Source: an uncultured Alphaproteobacteria bacterium (lineage in GTDB: Bacteria; Pseudomonadota; Alphaproteobacteria; Acetobacterales; Acetobacteraceae). From it: DNA of 64,000 bases. Position numbers and translations under genes: made by a program. The DNA is taken from contig OY968826.1 in assembly GCA_963696195.1 (NCBI GenBank), forward strand, positions 2,829,101-2,893,100, in the 5' to 3' direction. The first letter of the stretch is position 1; each line of letters begins with the position of its first letter. The notes under the pieces are model-generated. The model made no database searches. It worked only from the letters and a program-made list of their open reading frames with translations, and was not told the origin of the DNA. Below are positions 1 through 9,072 of the stretch, one piece after another.

Positions 1-2
1 TT

Positions 3-3000
3 ATCGTCCCGGACGCCTTGGCCGATCCGCGCTTCCAAAACATCCCCCTGGTGGCGCGCCCCAACGGCGTCCGTTTTTACGCCGCCGCCCCGCTGGTCAC
101 GCCAGATGGCTTCCGCATCGGCGTGGTCTGCATTGCCGACCATTGCCTGCGCCCGGATTTCGGCCCGTCCGAGGCAGACACCCTGCTCCAGATCGCCGGC
201 GCGGTGATGCGCGAGCTGGAATCGCGCCGCGTGGTCTCCAACCTGATTTTCCAGCAGGAGCTGAACACCGCCATCGCCGGAACCCTCAATTTTCAAACCG
301 CGCTGGAAATCGTGCTGCGGCGCGCGGGGGAGCGCCTGGGCGCCAGCTACTGCCTGGTGCCGCAGCAGCACGAAGACGCAACAAAATTCAACGTCATCGC
401 GGGTGTCGCAATTGCGCCGGAATTCCAGCCGATCATTGATCGGGCGCTCAGCATCCCGGCGCAAGACATCGAGATGTTCCGCGCCCAGCCGGTGCTGACC
501 GAACCCAGCGTCATTGATACCGGCGTACTGACAGCGGAAACCATCGCGTCGTACACTGAATATGGCGAGGAGTTATTCGCCTTGGGCATGCGCCGGCAAA
601 TCGGCATCCCGCTTGATCTGGGAACCCGCCGCGCGGCCATCCTGGTGGGCTTCAATCACGGCTATCTCGCCGCCATCGATCGGGATTTCCTGACCGGCCT
701 CGCAACAAAACTGGTGCCGCTGCTACTCGGCCGCCTGCGCGAGGAAGAATTGCAGCGCGGCCGCAAACTCATGAACTACGCCAACCGGGCCATGCGCACG
801 CTCATAGGCGTCAATCAAGCACTGGTCAGTGCCAGCACGGAACTTGGCCTGATCCAGACCATCTGCCAGGTGGCGGTGATGCAAGGCGGCTACAGCGCGG
901 CCTGGGTCGGCTTTGCCGAAACCGACGCGCGGCAAAGCATCCGCGTCGTGGCAAGATGGGGCCAGCACGTTGAACAGCTGGAGGAAATGCCGCTAACCTG
1001 GGCAGACAACCACTTTGGCCAGGGCGTCTCGAGCACCGCGATAAGGGAAAACCGCGTCGTGGCCATTCATAGCATCGCGCGTGACCCGCGGGTGGACCCA
1101 TTCCGCAAGTATCCAGCCCTGTCGTTGTTCGGCTCCTGCATCGCCATCCCCCTGCGCACCGCCGGAGGCGGCGTGCTCGGGGTTTTCACACTGTACAATA
1201 CAGTCCGCGCGGAAGGTGAAACAGCCGGCCAGCTCTCCTTCGACCACAAGGAAGAGGGACTGCTGACAGAACTCGCCCGCGACATCGTCAATGGCATCAA
1301 CCTGATGAGAATTCGCACCGAACGGAGCGAAGCGCTGAAAAAGCAACAGGCCAGCGACGCGCGCTTCGCCGATCTGCTGGCCTCCAGCCCCACCGTTCTC
1401 TTCGCCCTGGAACACCAGCGGCAAGGCTGGCGCTGCATCGAAATCACACCGAATTTCGAGCGCGTGTTCGGTCATCCCAATGAAGACGCCAAGACCGACG
1501 GCTGGTGGGAGGCGCACCTGCACCCGGGCGACCTGGCCGTGACGCAGGCCACGCTGCGACGGGTCGCGGAGGACAAACCCGAGGTTGCCCAGTTCCGCCT
1601 AGCCGATAAAAGCGGCGGCTACCGCTGGGTCCGTGCCGAACTGGCATACCGCCCGGCCAACGGTGAGGCCGCGCCCCAAATCATCGGCTCCTGGTTCGAT
1701 ATTACCGAAAAACAGGAAGCCCAGAGCGAAATCCACCGGCTGGCCTTCTACGACCAGCTCACCGGCCTCGCCAACCGCCAGCTATTACAGGATCAGATCG
1801 AAAAAACCGTGCTCAGCGCACGCCGCCACGACTTCCACAGCGCACTGCTGTTCATCGACCTGGACCGCTTCAAAGCCATCAACGACGCCTACGGCCACGC
1901 CACCGGCGACGAGGTGTTGGTGACCGTGGCCAAACGGCTCCGCCTCGGCCTGCGCGCCAGCGACACGGTCGCCCGCCTCGGCGGCGATGAATTCGTCGTG
2001 CTACTGCCAAAACTTGGGCTGGACAACCCTGAGGCCACCACGCGCGCACGCGCGCTGGCGGAAAAAATCATCGCCGCCATAGACCGGCCAATAACGCAGG
2101 GCGAACTGACCCTGCGGGTAACCGCCAGCGTCGGCATCTACGTATTCTCCGGCCAGGACCACAATATGGAAAAAATTCTCCGTTGCGCCGACATGGCCAT
2201 GTACACCGCCAAGTCAACTACAAAAAAACAAGCCTGGTCCTGGGGACATTCTAACATCTCGGTGTTCGAATCCGCCATGCAGGACATGGTCGCGCAGTAC
2301 CACGCCGTCCAGAACGAGGTGAAACGCGCCCTCGCCGAAGACCGCCTCGAACTCTGGCTGCAGCCGCAGGTGGACGGCAATGGTGCCACCATCGGCGCCG
2401 AAGGCCTGATCCGCCTGCGCCGGACCGACGGCGTGCTGATCCAGCCAAACAACTTCATCACCGCCGCCGAGGAAACCGGCCTGATCGTGCCGATCGGCCA
2501 ATGGGTCCGCGCGCAAGCCTGCCGCCTGCTGGCAGAATTCCCGCCCACGCAACTGCCGCGCCTCTCGGTCAACGTCAGCGCCGCGGAATTCCACCAGCCG
2601 CACATCGTCGCGGACATCGGCGACTTGCTACGCCGCTCGGAAACCAATCCATCACGCCTGGTGCTGGAAATAACCGAAAACCTGCTAATCGACCGGCTCG
2701 ACGAAACCATCGAAAAACTGGAAAAACTCGCCGCCATGGGCGTCGGCATCTCCATCGACGACTTCGGCACGGGATACTCCAGCCTCGCCTACCTGCAACG
2801 CCTGCCCATCACCGAAATCAAAATCGACAAACGCTTCATCCACGACATGCTCATCGACCGCCGCAGCGCCGACCTCACCCAATCACTCATCATGCTGGGC
2901 CAAAACTTCGGTTTCTCCGTCGTCGCCGAAGGCGTGGAAACCCAGGCCCAAGCAAACTTCCTGCGCCACCACGGCTGCCAATACATGCAAGGCTACCTCT

Positions 3001-3062
3001 TCGGCGCCCCCACCCCCACCTTCACCGCCATGACAACCGTAAACCATGGGGCTGGGGGTTAA
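3..3062 (+). CDS. GAF(x3)-PAS-GGDEF-EAL diguanylate cyclase/phosphodiesterase, 5'-truncated by window edge
   Basis: Frame open from base 3 (IVPDALADPRF, a GAF motif); RLGGDEF with upstream RASD I-site; EGL variant of EAL plus DDFGTGYSS. Confidence 0.92.
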   Translation: MVPDALADPRFQNIPLVARPNGVRFYAAAPLVTPDGFRIGVVCIADHCLRPDFGPSEADTLLQIAGAVMRELESRRVVSNLIFQQELNTAIAGTLNFQTALEIVLRRAGERLGASYCLVPQQHEDATKFNVIAGVAIAPEFQPIIDRALSIPAQDIEMFRAQPVLTEPSVIDTGVLTAETIASYTEYGEELFALGMRRQIGIPLDLGTRRAAILVGFNHGYLAAIDRDFLTGLATKLVPLLLGRLREEELQRGRKLMNYANRAMRTLIGVNQALVSASTELGLIQTICQVAVMQGGYSAAWVGFAETDARQSIRVVARWGQHVEQLEEMPLTWADNHFGQGVSSTAIRENRVVAIHSIARDPRVDPFRKYPALSLFGSCIAIPLRTAGGGVLGVFTLYNTVRAEGETAGQLSFDHKEEGLLTELARDIVNGINLMRIRTERSEALKKQQASDARFADLLASSPTVLFALEHQRQGWRCIEITPNFERVFGHPNEDAKTDGWWEAHLHPGDLAVTQATLRRVAEDKPEVAQFRLADKSGGYRWVRAELAYRPANGEAAPQIIGSWFDITEKQEAQSEIHRLAFYDQLTGLANRQLLQDQIEKTVLSARRHDFHSALLFIDLDRFKAINDAYGHATGDEVLVTVAKRLRLGLRASDTVARLGGDEFVVLLPKLGLDNPEATTRARALAEKIIAAIDRPITQGELTLRVTASVGIYVFSGQDHNMEKILRCADMAMYTAKSTTKKQAWSWGHSNISVFESAMQDMVAQYHAVQNEVKRALAEDRLELWLQPQVDGNGATIGAEGLIRLRRTDGVLIQPNNFITAAEETGLIVPIGQWVRAQACRLLAEFPPTQLPRLSVNVSAAEFHQPHIVADIGDLLRRSETNPSRLVLEITENLLIDRLDETIEKLEKLAAMGVGISIDDFGTGYSSLAYLQRLPITEIKIDKRFIHDMLIDRRSADLTQSLIMLGQNFGFSVVAEGVETQAQANFLRHHGCQYMQGYLFGAPTPTFTAMTTVNHGAGG

Positions 3063-3637
3063 GGCTTGGCCGCGTAGGTGAGGTCGGAGGCGATGCCGGG
3101 GATGTCGGGGGTTCCGCCTTCCAGTCCGGCGATAATGAACTGGGGTTTGCCTTGGGCGTTGAACACGTACACGGCGGAGGAGTGGGTAACCGCGTAGGTG
3201 GGGGCTTTGGTAACGGAGAACACCACGCGGTAGCGGCGGGCCAGCGCGTATAACTGGTCAGCGTTTCCGCGCAGGCCGGTCACGTTGGTCCCGAACAGGC
3301 TGGTGTATCGTGCCAGTGTGGCCGGGGTATCGCGATCCGGATCCACGGTCACGAACAGCACCTGCACCTGGGTGGCCGCGCTGCCCATTTGCTTGAAGAT
3401 ACGGTCGAGGTTGTACAGCGTCGCGGGGCACACATCCGGGCAGTTGGTGTAGCCAAAGTACAGCAGCGTGACCTTGCCTTTAAAGTCCGCTTCGCTCACC
3501 GTTTTGCCGGTATTCACATCGGTCATGGTAAACGCCAAATCCGGCACCAGCCCGGCGATGTTCACATCCTGCGGCGAGAGGTCATGGTGGCACCCAGCGA
3601 GCGCCAGGCACGCCAGCAAAAAAACACGGCGGATCAT
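3059..3637 (-). CDS. SCO1/SenC family copper chaperone (lipoprotein)
   Basis: YFGYTNCPDVCP (CxxxC), VTVDPDRDT, distal His (VTHSS); LAGC lipobox. Confidence 0.92.
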   Translation of the reverse strand: MIRRVFLLACLALAGCHHDLSPQDVNIAGLVPDLAFTMTDVNTGKTVSEADFKGKVTLLYFGYTNCPDVCPATLYNLDRIFKQMGSAATQVQVLFVTVDPDRDTPATLARYTSLFGTNVTGLRGNADQLYALARRYRVVFSVTKAPTYAVTHSSAVYVFNAQGKPQFIIAGLEGGTPDIPGIASDLTYAAKP

Positions 3638-4887
3638 GCTGTTTCCTCTTCCTCAGGCTCGGCTTCCAGCCCCAGCATCACCTGCGCGGCATCGGCCTCC
3701 ACCATTTCCACGGTGCGCAACACCCGGCCCACGGCCCGCGTCCGCACCCGGGCTTTTTCAATATTGCTGGACATCGCCGAGGCATTCGCCGCCAGTTTGC
3801 CTAGCACATCGTCCATCTTGGTCATTTCCGCCCGCGTGGCGCCCAGCAGCTTGCCGATTTCACCCGCCCGCTTCTCCAAATCCAACGTAATATGCCCCAG
3901 ATGAATCGTCTGCAGCATCGCCGGCAGCAGCGTCGGCCCCAGTATAATCACCTTCTCGCGCACCCGTATTTCATCAATCAAATTAGGAATCCGCGCGACT
4001 TCCGCAAACAGCCCGTCGCTCGGCAAATACATCACGCCAAACTCCACCGTCTCCGGCGGGCAAATGTATTTTTCCCGGATTTTTTTAGCTTCCAGCCGCA
4101 CCCGCGCCGCGATGCCATCACGCGCCGCCCGTTCACCCTCCAGATCCGCCACTTCCGCCGCATTCAGCAGCCGCTCGTAATCCTCGGTCGGAAACTTGCT
4201 ATCCACCGCCAGCCACAACGTGCTGCGCGATGGCATCCGCACGGCAAAATCCACCCGCTCCCTTGAATCCGCCCGCAGCGCGAAATTCCGCTCAAACGCC
4301 CCCGGCGGCAGCACCTGTTCCAGCATCGCGCCCAGCTGCGCCTCACCCCAGCCGCCGCGCGTCTTCACGTTGGAGAATATCCGCTTCAAATCCCCAATTT
4401 GCGCCGCCGCCGACTGCACTTCCCCCATCGCCTGCTGCACGCTGGCAAACTGCTCCAGCACGCGGGCAAAGCTATTGGTCATCTGCAGTTCCACCGCCTC
4501 GTGCAGCTTCTCGTTCACCGAGGTCTGGATCGCCGTCAGCCGCACCTCCAGCAGCGCCAGCGTCTTCTGTGAATCCTCCGCCGCCGTCCGCCGCAACGCA
4601 TCCACCGCGGTAGCCATATTCTGTGTCGCCCCGCCGATCTGCGCGAACGCCTTCGAAAGCGCATCCGTCGTCCCGGTCTGGATCGCCGTGGTCAGCCGCC
4701 CCTCCACCGCCGCCAGGCTGGAGCGCAAAAACTCCGCCTCCGCCCGGTTGCCGGCCAGCACCTTCTCCAGCCCCAGTTGCAGCCGCGCCGGGGCTTCCCG
4801 CGCCGCGCGCCAGGCCAGCCAGCCAAATACCATGGCCGCCACGCCAATAAGCCCAACCAAAGCCAGGAGCGGAAATTCAGTGTTCAT
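3634..4887 (-). CDS. rmuC: DNA recombination protein RmuC
   Basis: N-terminal TM, coiled coil, KTRGGWGE, VDSKFPTEDYERL, FGVMYLPSDGLFAE motifs. Confidence 0.92.
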   Translation of the reverse strand: MNTEFPLLALVGLIGVAAMVFGWLAWRAAREAPARLQLGLEKVLAGNRAEAEFLRSSLAAVEGRLTTAIQTGTTDALSKAFAQIGGATQNMATAVDALRRTAAEDSQKTLALLEVRLTAIQTSVNEKLHEAVELQMTNSFARVLEQFASVQQAMGEVQSAAAQIGDLKRIFSNVKTRGGWGEAQLGAMLEQVLPPGAFERNFALRADSRERVDFAVRMPSRSTLWLAVDSKFPTEDYERLLNAAEVADLEGERAARDGIAARVRLEAKKIREKYICPPETVEFGVMYLPSDGLFAEVARIPNLIDEIRVREKVIILGPTLLPAMLQTIHLGHITLDLEKRAGEIGKLLGATRAEMTKMDDVLGKLAANASAMSSNIEKARVRTRAVGRVLRTVEMVEADAAQVMLGLEAEPEEEETA

Positions 4888-4931
4888 GCTAGCAGCCTAG
4901 CAAGATTAAACGAGTCGCGGGAGACACCGGC

Positions 4932-5381
4932 ATGGACTACCATTACCTAGAAGATTTCCACCCCGGCCAAGTGTACGAGAGCCCCCCAGTCACGGTCACC
5001 GAGGCGGAAATCATTGAATTTGCTTCCAAATACGACCCACAGCCGATGCACGTGGACCCGGTGGCCGCGCAAACCATCACCGGCGGCCTCATCGCCAGCG
5101 GCTGGCACACGGCGGCCCTGACCATGAACCGCTTCGTCACCGCCGGCTTCTACAACCCCGCCCCCGGCGCGCTCGGCCTCGGCTGCGAGTCCCTGAAATG
5201 GCCAAAACCCGTCCGCCCCGGTGACTCCCTCCGCCTGCGCCTTGAAGTCCTCACCGTCCGCCCCAGCGCCACCCGGCATGGCTACGGCGTCATCACCAAC
5301 CGCTTCACCACCCTCAACCAGCATAATGAAACCGTGCAGGAAATGGTCACTTCTGTTATGATCGCCAGGCGACAAGCCTGA
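4932..5381 (+). CDS. MaoC family dehydratase (hot-dog fold)
   Basis: YDPQPMHVD, GLIASGWHT, LKWPKPVRPGD. Confidence 0.9.
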   Translation: MDYHYLEDFHPGQVYESPPVTVTEAEIIEFASKYDPQPMHVDPVAAQTITGGLIASGWHTAALTMNRFVTAGFYNPAPGALGLGCESLKWPKPVRPGDSLRLRLEVLTVRPSATRHGYGVITNRFTTLNQHNETVQEMVTSVMIARRQA

Positions 5382-5398
5382 ACAGAGGAACACCCACA

Positions 5399-6295
5399 AT
5401 GAACAGCGCCGTCACCCTCATCGCCTTCCTCGTCATCATCGCGGGAGCCGCCCTCGGCTACCTCACGCAAAACCCCGTCATCGGCGGCCCCATCATCCTC
5501 ATCGGCGTCATCCTCGCCCTCACCCTGCGTACCTGCGCCGAGTGGGAACGCGCCGTCGTCCTGCGCCTCGGCCGCTTCGCCGGCGTGCGCGGCCCCGGCC
5601 TCTACTTCCTCGTCCCGGCGTTCGAGCTGGTCTACACAGTGGTTGACACCCGCCGCCAAAGCACGCGCATCTCGGCCGAGGACACCCTGACCGCCGACGC
5701 CGTCTCCGTCACCATGGACAGCATCATGTTCTGGCGCGTCTCCGACGTTAAACGCGCCGCCACCGAGCTCACCGACTACCGCAACATGATCGCCCAGATC
5801 GCCCAGACTTCATTGCGTGAAGTCATCAGCGCCACCACGCTGAATGACATCCTCGCCAACCGCGAGGCGATGGACGAGAAACTGCGCGCCTACATCACCA
5901 AAAAATCCGACGGCTGGGGCATCGGCGATATTTCCGTCGAAATCCGCGACGTCAAAATCCCCCCCGAACTCAACGACGCCATGAGCCGCAACGCCCAGGC
6001 CGAGAAAGAAAAGCAAGCCCGCGTCACCCTCGCCAGCGCCGAAGTCGCCATCGCCGAACAAATCGCCTCCGCCTCGCACATCTACCAGAACAACCCCGTC
6101 GCCCTGCAAATCCGCCAGATGGGCCTGATCTACGACATGAACAAAGACCGCGGTGTCACCATTTTGGTTCCCACCGACATGGCCAATGCCCTGGGCGCCA
6201 GCATCGCGCTCAACGTCAACAACCCCGACCGCCCCAAACCCCTCCCTGCGACGGTGTTTTCTGCGCCGTCGAGTGGGTCGGTGCCGAAGGCTTAA
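5399..6295 (+). CDS. SPFH/stomatin (slipin) family protein
   Basis: N-terminal hairpin TM, WERAVVLRLGRF, GPGLYFLVP, AQTSLREVI, ALQIR. Confidence 0.9.
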   Translation: MNSAVTLIAFLVIIAGAALGYLTQNPVIGGPIILIGVILALTLRTCAEWERAVVLRLGRFAGVRGPGLYFLVPAFELVYTVVDTRRQSTRISAEDTLTADAVSVTMDSIMFWRVSDVKRAATELTDYRNMIAQIAQTSLREVISATTLNDILANREAMDEKLRAYITKKSDGWGIGDISVEIRDVKIPPELNDAMSRNAQAEKEKQARVTLASAEVAIAEQIASASHIYQNNPVALQIRQMGLIYDMNKDRGVTILVPTDMANALGASIALNVNNPDRPKPLPATVFSAPSSGSVPKA

Positions 6296-6309
6296 CAGGC
6301 TGCGGAAAT

Positions 6310-6633
6310 TCACCACCGTTTGGCGGTGAAAGAGCTTTCGTCTCCGTTGTCAAAGCGGATTTCACCGACGATGGTGCGGTTTTTTTCGAGTTCGGCATCA
6401 CCGTCTCCGGCGACCTCTTCCATTTCGTCTGACCCGTGGAATTTGAACCGGATACTGGTTTTGCCATACTCGCATTGCAGGCCGATCTGGACGGCGCCGA
6501 ATGCCATTTGGCCACCGGCATCGTCGATTTGTATGTAGGCTGGGCCTAGCATATCGATGTACTCGGTATCCCAGCTCTCCATGCTGATGATCCGCCACTT
6601 GCCAAGAAGGAATTTGCCGCTGAAGGTTGTCAT
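6310..6633 (-). CDS. 107-aa conserved hypothetical passenger protein inside the IS5-family element
   Basis: ATG overlaps transposase TGA (ATGA 6633-6630); stop lies inside the terminal repeat; motif GKWRIISMESWD as recalled from ORFs that follow this transposase type. Confidence 0.65.
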   Translation of the reverse strand: MTTFSGKFLLGKWRIISMESWDTEYIDMLGPAYIQIDDAGGQMAFGAVQIGLQCEYGKTSIRFKFHGSDEMEEVAGDGDAELEKNRTIVGEIRFDNGDESSFTAKRW

Positions 6634-7290
6634 GCCGCGGCGGCGACCAACTTGGGCAGCCGGACCAAGTTGCATGCGGCGACTGTGAGGGTCACCATCC
6701 AGCCAACCCGTTTGAGGCCCCGATGGCGAGTTTTGCGCAAGCCAGCCGCGGCTTTGATCCAGCCGAAGGGCTCCTCGATGCGCTTGCGCTGCCGCTGGCT
6801 GATGGCATAGCCCGGATGACGGGTGGTCCGCGCATCGATAGCGGAGCGCCGGCCGGTGGTATTTTGCGCGACATGCGGAGTTACGCCGCGGGCGCGTAGC
6901 CGGGCCACATGCTCGGCGGTATCATAGGCTTTGTCGGCGCCCAGACTACATCGCCGGCCTCGCGGTTTGGCCGCGATCATATCCTCCGCTGCCTCGCGTT
7001 CCGCCCTGCCGGTTGCATGCGTGGTGCGGGCATCGACGATCAGGCCATGGCGGTTCTCAATGAGCAGATGCCCCATATAGCAAAGTCGTGCCGGCTGGCC
7101 TTTGGATTTGCGATATAGCCGGGCGTCCGGGCCGGTGGTCGAGGCATGGGTATCGTTGCTACGCGTCTCGCCATGAAAATTGCGCTCCGCGTTGCGCCCG
7201 GGTCCCGTCGGCGGCTCATCCGCGCCGTTCTTGCGCCGAAAACTCTTCATCGAGGCCCCGGCATCGATCAGCGTACCGTCAACCACCAAG
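6630..7290 (-). pseudogene. IS5-family DDE transposase, C-terminal two-thirds (N-terminus missing)
   Basis: VDGTLIDAGASMKSF, RSNDTHASTT-PDARLYRK, LGADKAYD, SQRQRKRIEEPFGWIK. Confidence 0.85.
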
Positions 7291-7753
7291 TGCACGGGCC
7301 TTTTGCGGCCCCGCATCATTTTCTTCAGCAGAGTTATGAAAAGTTCGGCCGTGAGGCCACCCTGATAAGTGCAATACCAGAAGGCGCCACGATCATTGAC
7401 CGCGGATGCAGCACTGACTGATTGGCGTTGACCTAGCCGCTCAACGACCTCGCGTCCACAGACCGAAATCCAAACCGTATTGGCGTGGATCTGCCGTTAA
7501 CCCAACGAAAAACCTGCTGCTCCTGCTTCGGCGTCAAGCTGCGCGGGCGCCCAGGCAACGGCTTTGCTTGCAGCGCCCTTAACCCAACGCCCGGCTGAGA
7601 GGCCGCCTTGATCCATCTGTAGATTGCAGTGCGACAGAAGCCGTACGAAGCGATAACCACAGATGGAGACTCACCATCTCGTACCCGCTCAACCGCCATT
7701 AAACGGATGACCTCCAACGTATGATGATCAAGACTTCGTCCGTCGCGCTTCAT
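7280..7753 (-). pseudogene. IS630-family transposase, frameshifted and internally deleted
   Basis: HTH part MKRDGRSLDHHTLEVIRLMAVERVR; frameshift at NGR/DPRQYGLDFGLWTR; jump to ERLGQRQSVSAASAVN..ELFITLLKKMMRGRKRPVHLVVDG. Confidence 0.82.
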
Positions 7754-7821
7754 GTGAAAACATACCAAATCAAGCCAACAAAAACCACAAAGATGTGGCC
7801 TTATTTACCAGCCTGTGAGTA

Positions 7822-7853
7822 AGTGGGCCCATGCCTCCTGGCCTTCCTTACTC
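7822..7853 (-). repeat. Truncated, degenerate copy of the ~65-bp palindromic intergenic repeat
   Basis: Minus strand AGTAAGGAAGGCCAGGAGGC matches left arm of copies at 47973 and 53445; cut by IS630 end. Confidence 0.55.
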
Positions 7854-7855
7854 TC

Positions 7856-8869
7856 TCACCCGCGCGTGAGATCGACTGTGGCGGCGAAGCCGGATTCGGT
7901 GCCGATGGCCAGGTGGGAGCCGGATGGGTTCCAGGTTAGGGCGGTGATGGCGCCGCGGCCTGGGCCGCAGACGGGGAGGACTTGTTCTTTATTGATGTCG
8001 AGGATGAGGACGAGGCCGGTGTCGAAACCGGCGGCGATGACGTCGTGTTCCGGGTGGCAGGCGACGCGTTTGACGATGCCGTCTCCGGGTCCGAGTTCCA
8101 GCGGGGCTTTGCCCATGGGGCCGCCGCCGAAGAAGGGCCATAGCACGGTGGATTCCGCTCCGCCGGTGGCGAGCCAGCGGCCGGAGTGGGTAAAGCCGAA
8201 GGATTCAGTTTTTGCGGGGTATCCGGCCATGCGCATATGTTTGCCTTCCGGCAGGGTCCAGCCGTGCAGGGCGTTTTCCTGCATGGAGGTAACGAGTGCG
8301 TCCCCCTGCGGGTGGATGGCGATGCCGGTATGGCTACCTTTCCATTCCAGGAAGCGGGGCGTGGCCGAGGCGGTGAACCACAGCGAGGCGCCGTTATAAT
8401 GCGATGCGGCGATGCGTTTGCCTTTGGTATCAAAAGCGATGCCGGTGACGGTGGACGGGTGGGGCAGGGCGCGGATGGTCTCGCCTTTGCCGTTGAACAA
8501 ATGCAGGTTTTTGCCCACGGCGGCGGCGAGCAGCGGGGTTTTCCCGGCGTAGCTGGCCACGTGCTCCACCCATTTGGAGCCGAAGCGGGCGATTTCGGTG
8601 ACGTTGCCGTCCACGCCGATGCTTAAGAATTTGCCGTCATCGCCGCCGGTGATGAAGCCGGGGGCTACCGGGTGCCGCGCCAGGGAGAGCACGGCGCCGT
8701 TATGCGCGGCGATGCTGGTCCAGCCCAAAACATTTTGCAGGCGCAGGGTGCCATCCCCGAGCGCAAAGGCGGCGTGGGTGCCAGTGGCGTCGAAACAGGC
8801 GGCGATGGCATGGGCGCCGAGTTCAGCGGTGTTGCCGCGGGCTTTGATAAGCTGGTCGAGATCTGACAT
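7856..8869 (-). CDS. WD40/beta-propeller repeat protein
   Basis: Repeated blades (FITGGDDG, WLATGGAE, VIAAGFDTG, LTWNPSGSHLAIG). Confidence 0.85.
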   Translation of the reverse strand: MSDLDQLIKARGNTAELGAHAIAACFDATGTHAAFALGDGTLRLQNVLGWTSIAAHNGAVLSLARHPVAPGFITGGDDGKFLSIGVDGNVTEIARFGSKWVEHVASYAGKTPLLAAAVGKNLHLFNGKGETIRALPHPSTVTGIAFDTKGKRIAASHYNGASLWFTASATPRFLEWKGSHTGIAIHPQGDALVTSMQENALHGWTLPEGKHMRMAGYPAKTESFGFTHSGRWLATGGAESTVLWPFFGGGPMGKAPLELGPGDGIVKRVACHPEHDVIAAGFDTGLVLILDINKEQVLPVCGPGRGAITALTWNPSGSHLAIGTESGFAATVDLTRG

Positions 8870-9003
8870 GCCTGACTAACTGCCGAACTCGGGCGCCGGG
8901 GGCAAGGCCGTGGCCTGAAGCGTGGTAAATTTGCCGCATGATTTAGGGAAAAGCCCATCGCCGGGTGATATACGCGGGTTGTGTTGTGCGGTGCGGTATG
9001 TTC

Positions 9004-9017
9004 TTGAGCTAGATCAA
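9004..9017. promoter_or_regulatory. FNR/FixK-like box
   Basis: TTGAG-CTAG-ATCAA, one mismatch to TTGAT-N4-ATCAA, 55 bp upstream of the ATG at 9073. Confidence 0.5.
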
Positions 9018-9072
9018 GGTAGCGGATTTTTCTGGCTGCCAGAAATGCGCTTGTTATCAGCAGGAGTGCGCA

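Larger units (their letters stand above)
6296..7819 (-). mobile_element. Defective chimeric IS: IS630-family left end fused to IS5-family right half with passenger gene
   Basis: IS5-type end CAGGCTGCGGAAATT at 6296, directly after TTAA; IS630-type end (minus strand TA-CTCACAGGCTGGTAAATAAG) with TA at 7820-7821; two transposase types between them. Confidence 0.75.

Noticed and set aside
3059-3637. SCO chaperone as a dedicated partner of the Cyc2-like protein
   Set aside because: 5 kb away, in a different operon with rmuC; no evidence of linkage.
6296-7815. CAGGCTG at 6296 and CAGCCTG at 7809-7815 as terminal inverted repeats of one element
   Set aside because: Match decays after 7 bp, no target duplication, and the 7815 copy lies inside what looks like the IS630 end.
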